Under the pieces are notes generated by a model that had not been told where the DNA came from, made no database searches, and was given only the letters and a program-made list of their open reading frames with translations. A stretch of DNA of 63,142 nucleotides, counting the filler, from Craspedostauros australis (Eukaryota): assembly GCA_030167865.1 (NCBI GenBank). It is 17 parts of 17 records of this genome, joined end to end, with 100 filler letters (N's around TTAATTAATTAA, not from the genome) between each part and the next. Parts side by side here need not be neighbours in the genome. Positions count along the whole stretch, not along the records: positions 21,532 to 41,151 come from JALAGF010002311.1; positions 41,252 to 42,839 come from JALAGF010002312.1; positions 42,940 to 44,284 come from JALAGF010002313.1; positions 44,385 to 45,729 come from JALAGF010002314.1; positions 45,830 to 48,320 come from JALAGF010002315.1; positions 48,421 to 49,492 come from JALAGF010002317.1; positions 49,593 to 55,184 come from JALAGF010002318.1; 10 more parts are not named here. The stretch is one strand, 5' to 3'. Below are positions 39,249 through 50,842 of the stretch, piece after piece; positions within the stretch are counted from its first letter, which is position 1; each line of letters opens with the position of its first letter. A program made the translations under genes and the position numbers.

Positions 39249-39435
39249 CGTTGGCGAATTCCGAGCACAGTGATTCCCTACTGGTAGACGGTGATGTTAT
39301 TGCTGCTTCTGTTTGCTGTTTAATTACATGTGTGGTTGAGTATCTCTGTGGATAGCTCCTGTTCGATTGATTGCTCGCTCAATCTCTCTTGACTATGAAT
39401 TCACACAAGATGCTCTCTTGCGTTTCCATCTCTAC

Positions 39436-39476
<41 letters not shown>

Positions 39477-40007
39477 TAATCATACGCATGCTCTACACGT
39501 CAATCGTCCGCCTCTCATGTTGGTCTCTTGCTTTACATGTAGTCATAGATCCTTCACATGGTTCTCATGTTGCACTTTGAAGATCTCATTTGCTCTTGGT
39601 CATAGCATCTTCGCAATCTTGTTCCAATGTGGAGATGGCCCATGATGTGGCAATGACATCTCCTGTGTTGGCGTCACTCGTCACCATTCCATGGCTCTGT
39701 CGATTCCATGTTCTATTGATGATGCTTGAGGTCATTGAGGGTGGTGTCACTTCAGGTTTAGTTGGGAAGTAGATCAATTTACACTTGACATCACATGGTT
39801 GCCGGGTTGCGGCTGTACCGAATCTCTGATGCTCTCAGAGTTGAGTTGTGACATGTTTCCAACGGAACTTTGGATGCACAGACGTACCAAGCTTGTGATA
39901 CGGTTCATTCAATTACTGCTTACAGACCAAGTATACATCGACAGCACTTGTAAAATGGGTAGAAGGACAATGGGTGAGCAATGCACATACACATATACAT
40001 CCCAACA
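39249..40007 (+). repeat. LTR-like repeat family 1, full-length diverged copy
   Basis: CGTTGGCGAATTCCG...CATCCCAACA. Shares TAGTTGGGA.GTA and AATGGGTGA..ATGCACAT landmarks with 12619-13419. Contains an expanded (CT)n tract. Confidence 0.75.
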
Positions 40008-40759
40008 CGCTCATAGGAGGAAGCTACATGTGTGGTGACCCTTGCCATGGCAAGAGGAGCAGAATGCAACCTTGTTGGGCTGATAAAACTCAGACTGCTT
40101 GCGCTCGCCGCGTTTGCACATGATGTCCAACATGGAACTGCGGAGTGGTGGGATCCCCTTGATGGTGAGGGCAAGGGCCAACACATGCAATTGAGGAGGC
40201 ATGCACTTGTTGCCTGGGGCCAGGGACAGAGAGGTGATATGGTGCTCCACTGGCATGTGATGAGAGAGAAGACCTTCAAGGAATCGGCGGGAGAGCTCAA
40301 CAGCAGTGATCGTGCGCCGTTTAACAACACTCTCAGTCTGCTGGAACTTCAACAGCACCATGACAAACTTGATGACGTTGTGCGAATCACTGTACTTGGG
40401 CGCCTGGCTCACGGTGTTGGCAACGCACATGTATGCATCAGAGAGCACCTGGCGCAGGAAAATTAAAGAGAAATGGCGTGGAGACATGCCAAAAGTCCCA
40501 GAGTAGAATAGGGAGATTGCAGGGTCATCCAAATCCAGGATGCCATTTTGCTGCAGCTTCTTGTTCAGCCACTCGCCAGCACGGATGACATGCTCTTGTG
40601 GAGCATTGCGTGGAATGATGGAGCACTGTGGGCTGAAAGCGGAAAGCAGGCAGGTGTGGATGTCAACTCCAGCAGCCTCAGTCTGGAGCTGGGTGTGCCA
40701 CTTGAGCACACTGGTGGGCATGTCACCAGCAAGCTTCAGCTCCTTCCACTGCCAATGCC

Positions 40760-41151
40760 TGTTGGCAAGTTCCGCGCACGGTAACCTACGATCGTGGAAG
40801 ATGGTGTTGGTTGATAGTCGTCTGTTTGCTATTTCATTACTTGGCTACTCNNNNNNNNNNNNNNNNNNNNNNNNNNNNNNNNNNNNNNNNNNNNNGCTTC
40901 AATCTGTTTCGTAGATTCGGTCTCCGACTATGAGTCGGTACGCGAGATCCTCTCTCGCTCCTCTCTGTATTCTCTCTCTCTCTCTCAATATCGTGTGCTC
41001 GTGCTACACGATCCTCCGTGTTTGATGCGTGCTCCGCATTCGACACTCCGTTCATTCAGTACTGGCTTCTACTCCATGAGTACTTACCATTTGAAGTTCA
41101 CCTTCAGTATCCATGATCTTCATGAGTCATCGTATCTTCGCCTCCTGCTCT
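40760..41151 (+). repeat. LTR-like repeat family 1, copy truncated by contig end
   Basis: Starts TGTTGGCAAGTTCCGCGCACGG, then is highly similar to 12644-12970. Confidence 0.85.
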
Positions 41152-41295
41152 NNNNNNNNNNNNNNNNNNNNNNNNNNNNNNNNNNNNNNNNNNNNTTAAT
41201 TAATTAANNNNNNNNNNNNNNNNNNNNNNNNNNNNNNNNNNNNNNNNNNNNGGGTTCCGAAAATTATTTTGTACCAGGGCCCAGTAGAATTGTAC

Positions 41296-41350
41296 GTGTA
41301 GCCCCTGTGTAGCCCCTGTGTAGCCCCTGTGTAGCCCCTGTGTAGCCCCT
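41296..41350. repeat. 11-bp tandem repeat GTGTAGCCCCT x5
   Basis: Perfect units 44 bp from the contig start. Two further TTGTAGCCCC copies at 41556 and 41576. Confidence 0.95.
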
Positions 41351-41871
41351 GCGTTTCCCACCGTTTTTTTTTCGCAGTCGGTTTGGGGAAAACCTCCAAA
41401 ATGGGGTCAACACAAGCAATAAAATGGAATCCAAGCGATCAACACACAGCAAGTTTGACAACATCATCAGATAGATCTCACTCTTGNCTTTCNATTGATA
41501 CCATTATTACACATTGNTGTTGGTGATAAGGGTTGGTTGTTTTTATCCGGGAAACTTGTAGCCCCATGTGGCCAATTGTAGCCCCTTTGCGCCCCTTTTT
41601 GGCAAAAAAGCGGATAGGCACTAGGCATCGTACCATAGATGGTACGAGCAGAGAGTTGATGCACAGTTTCTCCGAACAATCCATGACCTCGTTCGACTAG
41701 AGAGAGAAAGAGAGAGCAACTCAAGCAAAGAAAGAGAGAGATGCCACAGTGTAGCGTATGGCACTATACTCGGACGAATGAGTGCGTTGTGAATGTCTTA
41801 TTTTTCACTGGAACAACAAACCTGGATCTCTCTTTTGACCATGCTTCGCTGTCGTCGGTGGCCCAATGTCA

Positions 41872-42839
41872 CTACCATGGTGCCTTCATCCTTTCCAACA
41901 GTCCATCCCACGTCGTCACGCCCTCAAACAGCCGATCCATGTTGATGTCGCAGAACAGGCGCTTCTCATACGCCATACGATGGAAGGATGCTCGATGGGC
42001 TTCTTCCACTCCTGGCGATGCCGCCCATTCGGGCATGGCCAGTCGTTCATTGGAGAGTGACATCGCCAGGATGTCTTCAAGTTCAGCATCGGGAGGACAG
42101 GCCAAGGGAAGATCCACAATACTCTTGCCCAAAGTGTCGCGATGGTACGTCACCAATACATTGGTCATATTGCCTCTTGTATTCGTGACTTGCGTTGCTG
42201 CATCGATGATGTTGCGCTCGGCGGCTGCAAAGACGATGTTGTTGTACAGAAAGTAAGGGAGATTCCGGGAGTTCTCTGAACGCTCTGTTTTCTCTTGTAG
42301 TCGCTGGCATGACATCGGAGCATCCTGGATGAAATCACACAGAAGCTGCTTCGTGACGTGATGTTTGTCGTGAAAGTTCAAGACGTGGATGCGGAATCCG
42401 TTGTTGCGGTGTCCCTGGGTGGCGCCTATGAAGTCGCGAAAGAGTTTGGCAGCAATGAATCCTCCGTTCTTGGAATTCCATCGCGCACGTGAATGACGCA
42501 TCCATGCTCGGAAGGATGGCATGGTTCCGAAAAATGCCGCACCGCCATCTACTGGCCATTTATTGTGCGGCACGTTGCCTCCCATCATGTGACTAGCATG
42601 GTTCTGCTTCAAGCTGCTCAGCATCCAATCGGCGGTGCGACGGTAGGTTGCCACCATGGTGATGTTCCAACCTTGCAACACATCCCTGAAACTCTCGAGG
42701 AATGCTGGAGTTTGAAGCAGGTCTGTTGGGATTAGATGTGCATACTCTTCATCGCTAAGGATCACCGACTTGCCATCGTCCCTGAGTTGATCGAGCATCA
42801 TCTTGGCTGGAAGGGCGCATTCTGGAGCCAACGGATACG
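41872..42839 (-). CDS. Hypothetical protein, 5'-truncated
   Basis: At least 319 aa open to the contig edge. VILSDEE...VATYRRTADWMLS resembles a sulfotransferase-like fold family common in diatoms (weak). Confidence 0.7.
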
Positions 42840-42939
42840 NNNNNNNNNNNNNNNNNNNNNNNNNNNNNNNNNNNNNNNNNNNNTTAATTAATTAANNNNN
42901 NNNNNNNNNNNNNNNNNNNNNNNNNNNNNNNNNNNNNNN

Positions 42940-43655
42940 TCTGGAGCCTGGTGGTTGATTGCAACAGTGTATGGGTTTGTTGCTGTTCCATCTTCCTTCC
43001 GCGCGAACAAGGAATGGAAGGTGTCATCACTTGGACGAGCGCTGGAGGAGTTGTTGTCCTCGTCGCTCATGGATGACTCAGTGGATGCGCTCGATGCAGA
43101 CCCAACACGATCTGGGAGTTCGATCTCTGCCTTTGGAGGCTTGGTTTGTGGACTCCCGAAGATACCAAGTGGTTTGGCGAGGCCATCAGAGCTGAGCTTC
43201 ATGTTTGTTGTTGGTGTTGTTGGTGCTGTTGGCTGCGAATAGGCAGGGTGGACATGCAGTGTGTGAGGTGATGACACACGAGTCGGTGCAAAACGAACGA
43301 AGGGTGGCTGTAGTGAGAGATCACTCGCGCGGCCACACAAATCGTCAACACACGGATGGGTGCCCTGATGATGTGCCAATTCAACCAGAGATCCTGGGCC
43401 TGGTGCAATGCCGTTTTGTCGGAGAAATTTGAAGTAGCTTTTGATGCTGCGCTTCTTCAGATTTCCAAATGCCCGCCTGCTGAAGGCACGAAGCTCATCA
43501 CCGCGTTTACCAAACATAGCTGGCTGATTGTCGCAGATGTCTGTCGCGAACCTGATCTGGCTTCGTGCCTTGCCTGAACGCTCGACAGCAGAGGCAATCT
43601 GCAGAGATAGAGACTTACTCGTGCTTGGGAGATTGTCGACGGTGTGCATTTGCAT
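42940..43655 (-). CDS. N-terminal part of an ORF-B-like putative transposon accessory protein (copy/allele 1)
   Basis: Overlaps 45830-46533 as the reverse complement and supplies the start MQMHTVDNL. Confidence 0.7.
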
Positions 43656-44384
43656 TGTTCGTAGATTGTGAGCCGATGGTGGTTGTTCGAAGAGTGTGAA
43701 CACAAGTGTTGCGATGGCGTTGTATTTGCCTGATGCGACGCCGTAGAAGCACTACTCTATATTGGTACGCACAACACAGCATTGTCTTACTCCATTGAGC
43801 AGCTCGGTCTGTTTCTCTTTCAGATGTTTGGCGGCGTACGAATGATCAGCGCGGTCTCAAGCATGGATGCGCGCCAACATACAAATTGTCTGCAGCCGCA
43901 AAGTCTGGAGAGAGCAATGATGCTACAATCAGATGCATAGTATGTAGATAGATGCCTTGCTTTGTTGCACACATTGCGGTTGATTCTGTGCCGATGCTTG
44001 CGAAGAGCTCTTGCATTTTCGAACGTTGTGCGCACTACGTTGCACCATGTGAGCCTCTAGTTTGTAGCCTGTCCGGCACGAAATTCAAACACGACTCGGT
44101 AAAAACGGTCACAACATCGCCAGCCGGCCGTTCTATGCTGATTTGTGTAGCAGAAGAGGCCTGTGGGAACTATTTCAACGAACAACAACTGCAGCAACCA
44201 GCCCAGCGTGCGAAAGCAATGACAGTACTAGTAGATATAAGGCGGGGTGTATGAGTGTGTTCATTTCTCGTGCCGTTCTTGATGNNNNNNNNNNNNNNNN
44301 NNNNNNNNNNNNNNNNNNNNNNNNNNNNTTAATTAATTAANNNNNNNNNNNNNNNNNNNNNNNNNNNNNNNNNNNNNNNNNNNN

Positions 44385-45100
44385 TCTGGAGCCTGGTGGT
44401 TGATTGCAACAGTGTATGGGTTTGTTGCTGTTCCATCTTCCTTCCGCGCGAACAAGGAATGGAAGGTGTCATCACTTGGACGAGCGCTGGAGGAGTTGTT
44501 GTCCTCGTCGCTCATGGATGACTCAGTGGATGCGCTCGATGCAGACCCAACACGATCTGGGAGTTCGATCTCTGCCTTTGGAGGCTTGGTTTGTGGACTC
44601 CCGAAGATACCAAGTGGTTTGGCGAGGCCATCAGAGCTGAGCTTCATGTTTGTTGTTGGTGTTGTTGGTGCTGTTGGCTGCGAATAGGCAGGGTGGACAT
44701 GCAGTGTGTGAGGTGATGACACACGAGTCGGTGCAAAACGAACGAAGGGTGGCTGTAGTGAGAGATCACTCGCGCGGCCACACAAATCGTCAACACACGG
44801 ATGGGTGCCCTGATGATGTGCCAATTCAACCAGAGATCCTGGGCCTGGTGCAATGCCGTTTTGTCGGAGAAATTTGAAGTAGCTTTTGATGCTGCGCTTC
44901 TTCAGATTTCCAAATGCCCGCCTGCTGAAGGCACGAAGCTCATCACCGCGTTTACCAAACATAGCTGGCTGATTGTCGCAGATGTCTGTCGCGAACCTGA
45001 TCTGGCTTCGTGCCTTGCCTGAACGCTCGACAGCAGAGGCAATCTGCAGAGATAGAGACTTACTCGTGCTTGGGAGATTGTCGACGGTCTGCATTTGCAT
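44385..45100 (-). CDS. N-terminal part of an ORF-B-like putative transposon accessory protein (copy/allele 2)
   Basis: Contig 44385-45729 equals 42940-44284 apart from about 5 substitutions. Confidence 0.7.
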
Positions 45101-45829
45101 TGTTCGTAGATTGTGAGCCGATGGTGGTTGTTCGAAGAGTCTGAACACAAGTGTTGCGATGGCGTTGTATTTGCCTGATGCGACGCCATAGAAGCACTAC
45201 TCTATATTGATACGCACAACACAACATTGTCTTACTCCATTGAGCAGCTCGGTCTGTTTCTCTTTCAGATGTTTGGCGGCGTACGAATGATCAGCGCGGT
45301 CTCAAGCATGGATGCGCGCCAACATACAAATTGTCTGCAGCCGCAAAGTCTGGAGAGAGCAATGATGCTACAATCAGATGCATAGTATGTAGATAGATGC
45401 CTTGCTTTGTTGCACACATTGCGGTTGATTCTGTGCCGATGCTTGCGAAGAGCTCTTGCATTTTCGAACGTTGTGCGCACTACGTTGCACCATGTGAGCC
45501 TCTAGTTTGTAGCCTGTCCGGCACGAAATTCAAACACGACTCGGTAAAAACGGTCACAACATCGCCAGCCGGCCGTTCTATGCTGATTTGTGTAGCAGAA
45601 GAGGCCTGTGGGAACTATTTCAACGAACAACAACTGCAGCAACCAGCCCAGCGTGCGAAAGCAATGACAGTACTAGTAGATATAAGGCGGGGTGTATGAG
45701 TGTGTTCATTTCTCGTGCCGTTCTTGATGNNNNNNNNNNNNNNNNNNNNNNNNNNNNNNNNNNNNNNNNNNNNTTAATTAATTAANNNNNNNNNNNNNNN
45801 NNNNNNNNNNNNNNNNNNNNNNNNNNNNN

Positions 45830-47092
45830 ACCGTCGACAATCTCCCAAGCACGAGTAAGTCTCTATCTCTGCAGATTGCCTCTGCTGTCGAGCGTTCAGG
45901 CAAGGCACGAAGCCAGATCAGGTTCGCGACAGACATCTGCGACAATCAGCCAGCTATGTTTGGTAAACGCGGTGATGAGCTTCGTGCCTTCAGCAGGCGG
46001 GCATTTGGAAATCTGAAGAAGCGCAGCATCAAAAGCTACTTCAAATTTCTCCGACAAAACGGCATTGCACCAGGCCCAGGATCTCTGGTTGAATTGGCAC
46101 ATCATCAGGGCACCCATCCGTGTGTTGACGATTTGTGTGGCCGCGCGAGTGATCTCTCACTACAGCCACCCTTCGTTCGTTTTGCACCGACTCGTGTGTC
46201 ATCACCTCACACACTGCATGTCCACCCTGCCTATTCGCAGCCAACAGCACCAACAACACCAACAACAAACATGAAGCTCAGCTCTGATGGCCTCGCCAAA
46301 CCACTTGGTATCTTCGGGAGTCCACAAACCAAGCCTCCAAAGGCAGAGATCGAACTCCCAGATCGTGTTGGGTCTGCATCGAGCGCATCCACTGAGTCAT
46401 CCATGAGCGACGAGGACAACAACTCCTCCAGCGCTCGTCCAAGTGATGACACCTTCCATTCCTTGTTCGCGCGGAAGGAAGATGGAACAGCAACAAACCC
46501 ATACACTGTTGCAATCAACCACCAGGCTCCAGAGCGCAATCGCGAATTCCTTGTTGATTTCATCAACGACATCGGTGTCACAAATGGCAACTTTGCAGGC
46601 TTTCATGTCCGTGTTCCTTGCGCCCTGCAGGATGTCAACTTGTGGAGTGCCGAGATCCCCACTCACATTCCTGGCATTGAGCATCGTTCTCTGATGATCC
46701 GCGGCCCAAGCGTGAACGCCTGGATGTGTCGTGACGAGGCATTTTACTGCCACGACGAAGCCGCAGGAACAGCACAGACCGCCCTCTCTGCCACTGTCGC
46801 GAAAGTCCAAGCCTCTCCGGTTCGCAAGTTCTCTTTCTGGTTGTTGATCTTTCCGTCTGACATCAGCCTCGATCTCGCTTTGACCACCAAACACGGTGAC
46901 AACGCGGTTGAGACCAACTGTTCTGTGCGTGACATGGTGGTCACCGAAGGTGATCAAGCGTTCACGATCCATGGTGCGGTTGCGTACTGGAAGCTCGTGT
47001 TGGCAGGTGGTCGTGTGACGCACCAACCAGAGAAGAAGAACGTTGGCTTCTACTTGAGCAGATTGACCGCGAAAGGTGATGAAGCGGCTTAA
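45830..47092 (+). CDS. ORF-B-like protein, homologous by motifs to 58655-59756; 5' end on neighbouring contigs
   Basis: Long open frame with colinear motifs CD......GK.G...R...R.....L.K, F....(I/V)R, D....A.I, P....L and W(K/R)(L/V).(L/I)AG. Confidence 0.75.
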   Translation, partial: TVDNLPSTSKSLSLQIASAVERSGKARSQIRFATDICDNQPAMFGKRGDELRAFSRRAFGNLKKRSIKSYFKFLRQNGIAPGPGSLVELAHHQGTHPCVDDLCGRASDLSLQPPFVRFAPTRVSSPHTLHVHPAYSQPTAPTTPTTNMKLSSDGLAKPLGIFGSPQTKPPKAEIELPDRVGSASSASTESSMSDEDNNSSSARPSDDTFHSLFARKEDGTATNPYTVAINHQAPERNREFLVDFINDIGVTNGNFAGFHVRVPCALQDVNLWSAEIPTHIPGIEHRSLMIRGPSVNAWMCRDEAFYCHDEAAGTAQTALSATVAKVQASPVRKFSFWLLIFPSDISLDLALTTKHGDNAVETNCSVRDMVVTEGDQAFTIHGAVAYWKLVLAGGRVTHQPEKKNVGFYLSRLTAKGDEAA

Positions 47093-47450
47093 CCTGGCGA
47101 AGTCACGACACGGACAGAACAATCACGGCAACTCGCAGCATAACACAAAAACTATTTAGGTACCTTGTACAACGCACACCAACAAGTCTTGCGCCTTCTC
47201 GTTTCCCTCTTCGTTATTGTCACAGTCGCGCAATGATAAAACCTGTCGACCTCCACGAAAACGAACAAACGGTATTGGGCTCTACTTAACATGTACATGA
47301 TTGAGACGTGTGGTGCTTTGCAGGATAAGTAACTTGACTAGAGCATGTGGCTTGTGAATGCCTTATGTTGGGCTACAGTCGTGTTTCGTTGCAGACACTG
47401 TGACACTAAATTGATGGGTCTGCATGTGTGTCTGTTGGTGCGATTGGAGA

Positions 47451-47870
47451 CTACTTCATCGCCCCGTCATGCTTGATCGGCAAATCACTCTTGTCAACGG
47501 TGCGATACTCCGCGTCATCAAGAGCATGGAGTTTTTCGCCTTCTGTCGTCAACTTTTGGAGGAACAAGCTGTTGATGTGGGGAATGTCATGATCAGAAAA
47601 CACGTTGCACTCGCAAAGCGCACGAGCTAGTTTGTCCATCATTTTATCAATGTCTGGATGCTGTTGCAACACAGCTTCGGCAAGATTGGCGGGTGCCTTG
47701 CGGCGCTTCACGTTGTCCTTGTTCAGCTTGGTCTCCTTCAGTGATCCATCATCCATCTTGACGATCACAGGACGCTGACACTTTGTCGGCTTCTTGTCCA
47801 CATTCACCCAGCCAATGTGACCCTTGTACTTTCCTCCAGTGATGGCGATGAGCTTTCCCTTCGTGCCCAT
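47451..47870 (-). CDS. Small KOW-motif protein (139 aa)
   Basis: ACCATGG start. KGKLIAITGGKYKGHIGWV fits the KOW pattern and is followed by a helical region (AEAVLQQHPDIDKMMDKLARAL). Confidence 0.7.
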   Translation of the reverse strand: MGTKGKLIAITGGKYKGHIGWVNVDKKPTKCQRPVIVKMDDGSLKETKLNKDNVKRRKAPANLAEAVLQQHPDIDKMMDKLARALCECNVFSDHDIPHINSLFLQKLTTEGEKLHALDDAEYRTVDKSDLPIKHDGAMK

Positions 47871-50842
47871 GGTGATGCTGCAATTGATGCTGCTGTTGTT
47901 GTTGTGGTGTTGGTGTTGGTGTTGTGATCTGATGAGTGATGTTGTGGGCTTGTCGTTGGATGTGTTGGTTGATCAATCAGCGAACATCGGAAACGCCAGT
48001 ACCAGCGCTCGCTGTGTTCTCCTTTCTGCCGTGGTGCTTCACGACAACGCAACACGAAACTGTTTCGTCATTTTCGCGTGTCTGGGTCCAGTCGCCAAAT
48101 CACGACCATCATTCACATCGACAAACAAAGCACTCTCATTTTGCGTGAAAATACTTCTTGGTTCTGAGCACATGCCATCACTATTCGCTAACTGGGCCTC
48201 GATCCATGACTGTTGTGTCGCCAAGTCGTTGTGCCGTGTTTGGTGAAGTGCTTGTTGCTGCAGGATTGGTCTCTTCGCGGACGAGATCGTCCCTTCTTGT
48301 GACAGACACGTTGCATGAAGNNNNNNNNNNNNNNNNNNNNNNNNNNNNNNNNNNNNNNNNNNNNTTAATTAATTAANNNNNNNNNNNNNNNNNNNNNNNN
48401 NNNNNNNNNNNNNNNNNNNNGGGTGTGCAGAAGTAAGCGCTTTGCGCTGAACGCCATCATCGACATCATCATCATCTGCAGTGCATCAGGCAGGTCGTCT
48501 ACCACGACAGCCAAACAGCCACACGGCAGATCGATCGCCCCTCTTCCCCTATCTCCCACGATGGAGACACTTTTGGGGGACCAGATTTTATGTAACAGCA
48601 ACGTGACAACGAATTGTACGCAAAGTAAAGCTAAATTAGCAAATGAATACTCCGCAACAACACAGGACGAGAAGCCGTCTCACCATTAGCATGGACCAAC
48701 ATACTCCAACGTGTAATAGTTGCGGCACCAGCAAACGGATCGCTCGGAGAATGTCTGCAATAGTGTGTCCGAGATGTATGCATCCGAAACCTTGTGTTGC
48801 TTTTCACAATTCGCCATGTGGGATTCGCCAACCCTGCCGTCCCAGTTGTACTAGAATGTAACAACCCATCTCTGCTGCATGCGCGTCCATGCCATGAGCA
48901 TCTTCCAGTCTTTGTCACTTCCAGTTTCTGCAACTTCCAACTTTTTCCCAAATCGACAGACGATGCTGCCCGGTTCAGATCAGCTATGATATCTGCCACC
49001 AGGGCTCTTCCCTTCATCATCAATCTGCAACTTCCAAGAATAGGACGATGGCATCAATAGACAGCAACACACCAAAATGTATTCTCTCACTTAGTTACTT
49101 CTGCAAGCGGAGTTGCCTGGAAGGCTAGCAGTCTAAGTACACGGCAAGAACGGCTGCGATTCACGCCGGTAACTGGATACCTACTATATGACGCTAAAGC
49201 CACATGTTGGCATTCATCTGGTGATACGAAGATACTCTCTCCGATGCCATACGACTAGAGCAGAGCGGTACTGAAGCTCGTATCATACCATGCAGAATAC
49301 CATACCATTGAAGCGCGGTCTCCATACTCCTCCAGAGAGAAGAGCATTCTTGCTGATGGCCACAAGTACGAGCAGATACGAGTTCGGATCTGGAATGATG
49401 CATCCTATGAGTACTATTAATAATGTATAACAAAATACATATTGGTCCAAGAGCATTCTACAACTCCACGATGCAGGAAGGTACCGAGCTAANNNNNNNN
49501 NNNNNNNNNNNNNNNNNNNNNNNNNNNNNNNNNNNNTTAATTAATTAANNNNNNNNNNNNNNNNNNNNNNNNNNNNNNNNNNNNNNNNNNNNTCTCTGGG
49601 TAATGAAGGGATAGAGTGTGCATGTGGAGGGAAGGCAGTGTGTGCTGATTGAGACATGGACGAAGCTCAACGTCCCAGGGCATGAACGGCAGCAGAACCG
49701 AGAACAAGGCAGTGTGAAAGTCAAGGCGGGGGTGAAGATCTGGATTACCCACCAACCCACAACTCTGGATTTCGACCACTGATCCACAGCCCAGATGAAG
49801 CATAATCATCACCATGCCTACTGCTACCGCGCAATCCTCAACATCTCTTCGCACCCAACCGCCTTCCCCACGTGAAATGTGAGTCTGTCGATCAAGGACA
49901 CGACTGGACAGCAAGCTGAAGCACGACTGGTGATTCCCAACACAATTTGCCCTTCTGCGTCCGCATGCCTTTCGTTTGTAGTCGTAGATTGATGCGAAAA
50001 ATATAAACTGTTTAACTATAAGGTCCAGGCATCTAATATTTCACACATATACCCTCCACAACATAATAGGATGAAATCTGTCTTCGAATTAAAAATCGGC
50101 ACGAATGTACTATCGTATCCTGAATGGGGTCATAACTGCGGAGAGAAAAAAGAGTCTGTTGATGACGTGGTTGCGAGCGTGCATCACTCGGGAAGGAGCA
50201 TTGGGAATAACAGGAACAGGGTTTACCGCAGCTTTCAACTTAACCCTTTACCGTTAATGACAGTCCCAACTCATGTCCCACAGCACACTCGTCCGAGCGG
50301 AGTAGTACTCTTAACGTCTATAACGTCTAATTAACGTCGTGACACACGGGCTCGGTCTCCCCGTCCGACTCATTGGGGTTTTTGACGTGGTTGTGAACGG
50401 GACGGGACGGGACTGATTGGAGTCTTGCGCTTGTGGTCTCCGTGAACTTTCGGCGAAATTCCCGTGTCTTGCAGACGCATTAGTCGCTGTGAAGATCATG
50501 ACGCATGTATTCGGGTATTTGGTACTAGTGACTTTCTTTATGTGTAATATTGGTACGACTGTGACGCAGCCTTTCTTCCGAAGGGCCTTGCATTGGTACC
50601 GACATGAGAGTAATTGCGCAACTCATCAGAACCACCAGATGTTCTGAAGGATGCATGTACGCAGGGATGGATGTATGTATGCGTGGATTGGAAACATCGA
50701 ACCCCTTTTCGGTGCGCTCCTTTGGCTGGCGTCGGTGATGAACGACGCCTTCGTGAGGCATGCGGCATTTGCTGCGTTGGTCCGGCTGCCTGGTTGTTGC
50801 TTCATGGCATGATGCCAGCAGCCCCCCCGACGTTGTCGTGGT

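Noticed and set aside
39249..41151. Two LTR-like copies around a 750-bp interior as a TRIM-like element
   Set aside because: The two copies belong to clearly different subfamilies, there is no PBS or PPT, and the interior ORF (40011-40721) is unrecognisable.
42940..47092. Apparent tandem and inverted triplication of one gene
   Set aside because: The copies are separate contigs divided by linkers, so the arrangement is not genomic.
50240..50250. TTAACCCTT resembling a piggyBac end
   Set aside because: No matching opposite end or transposase on the contig.
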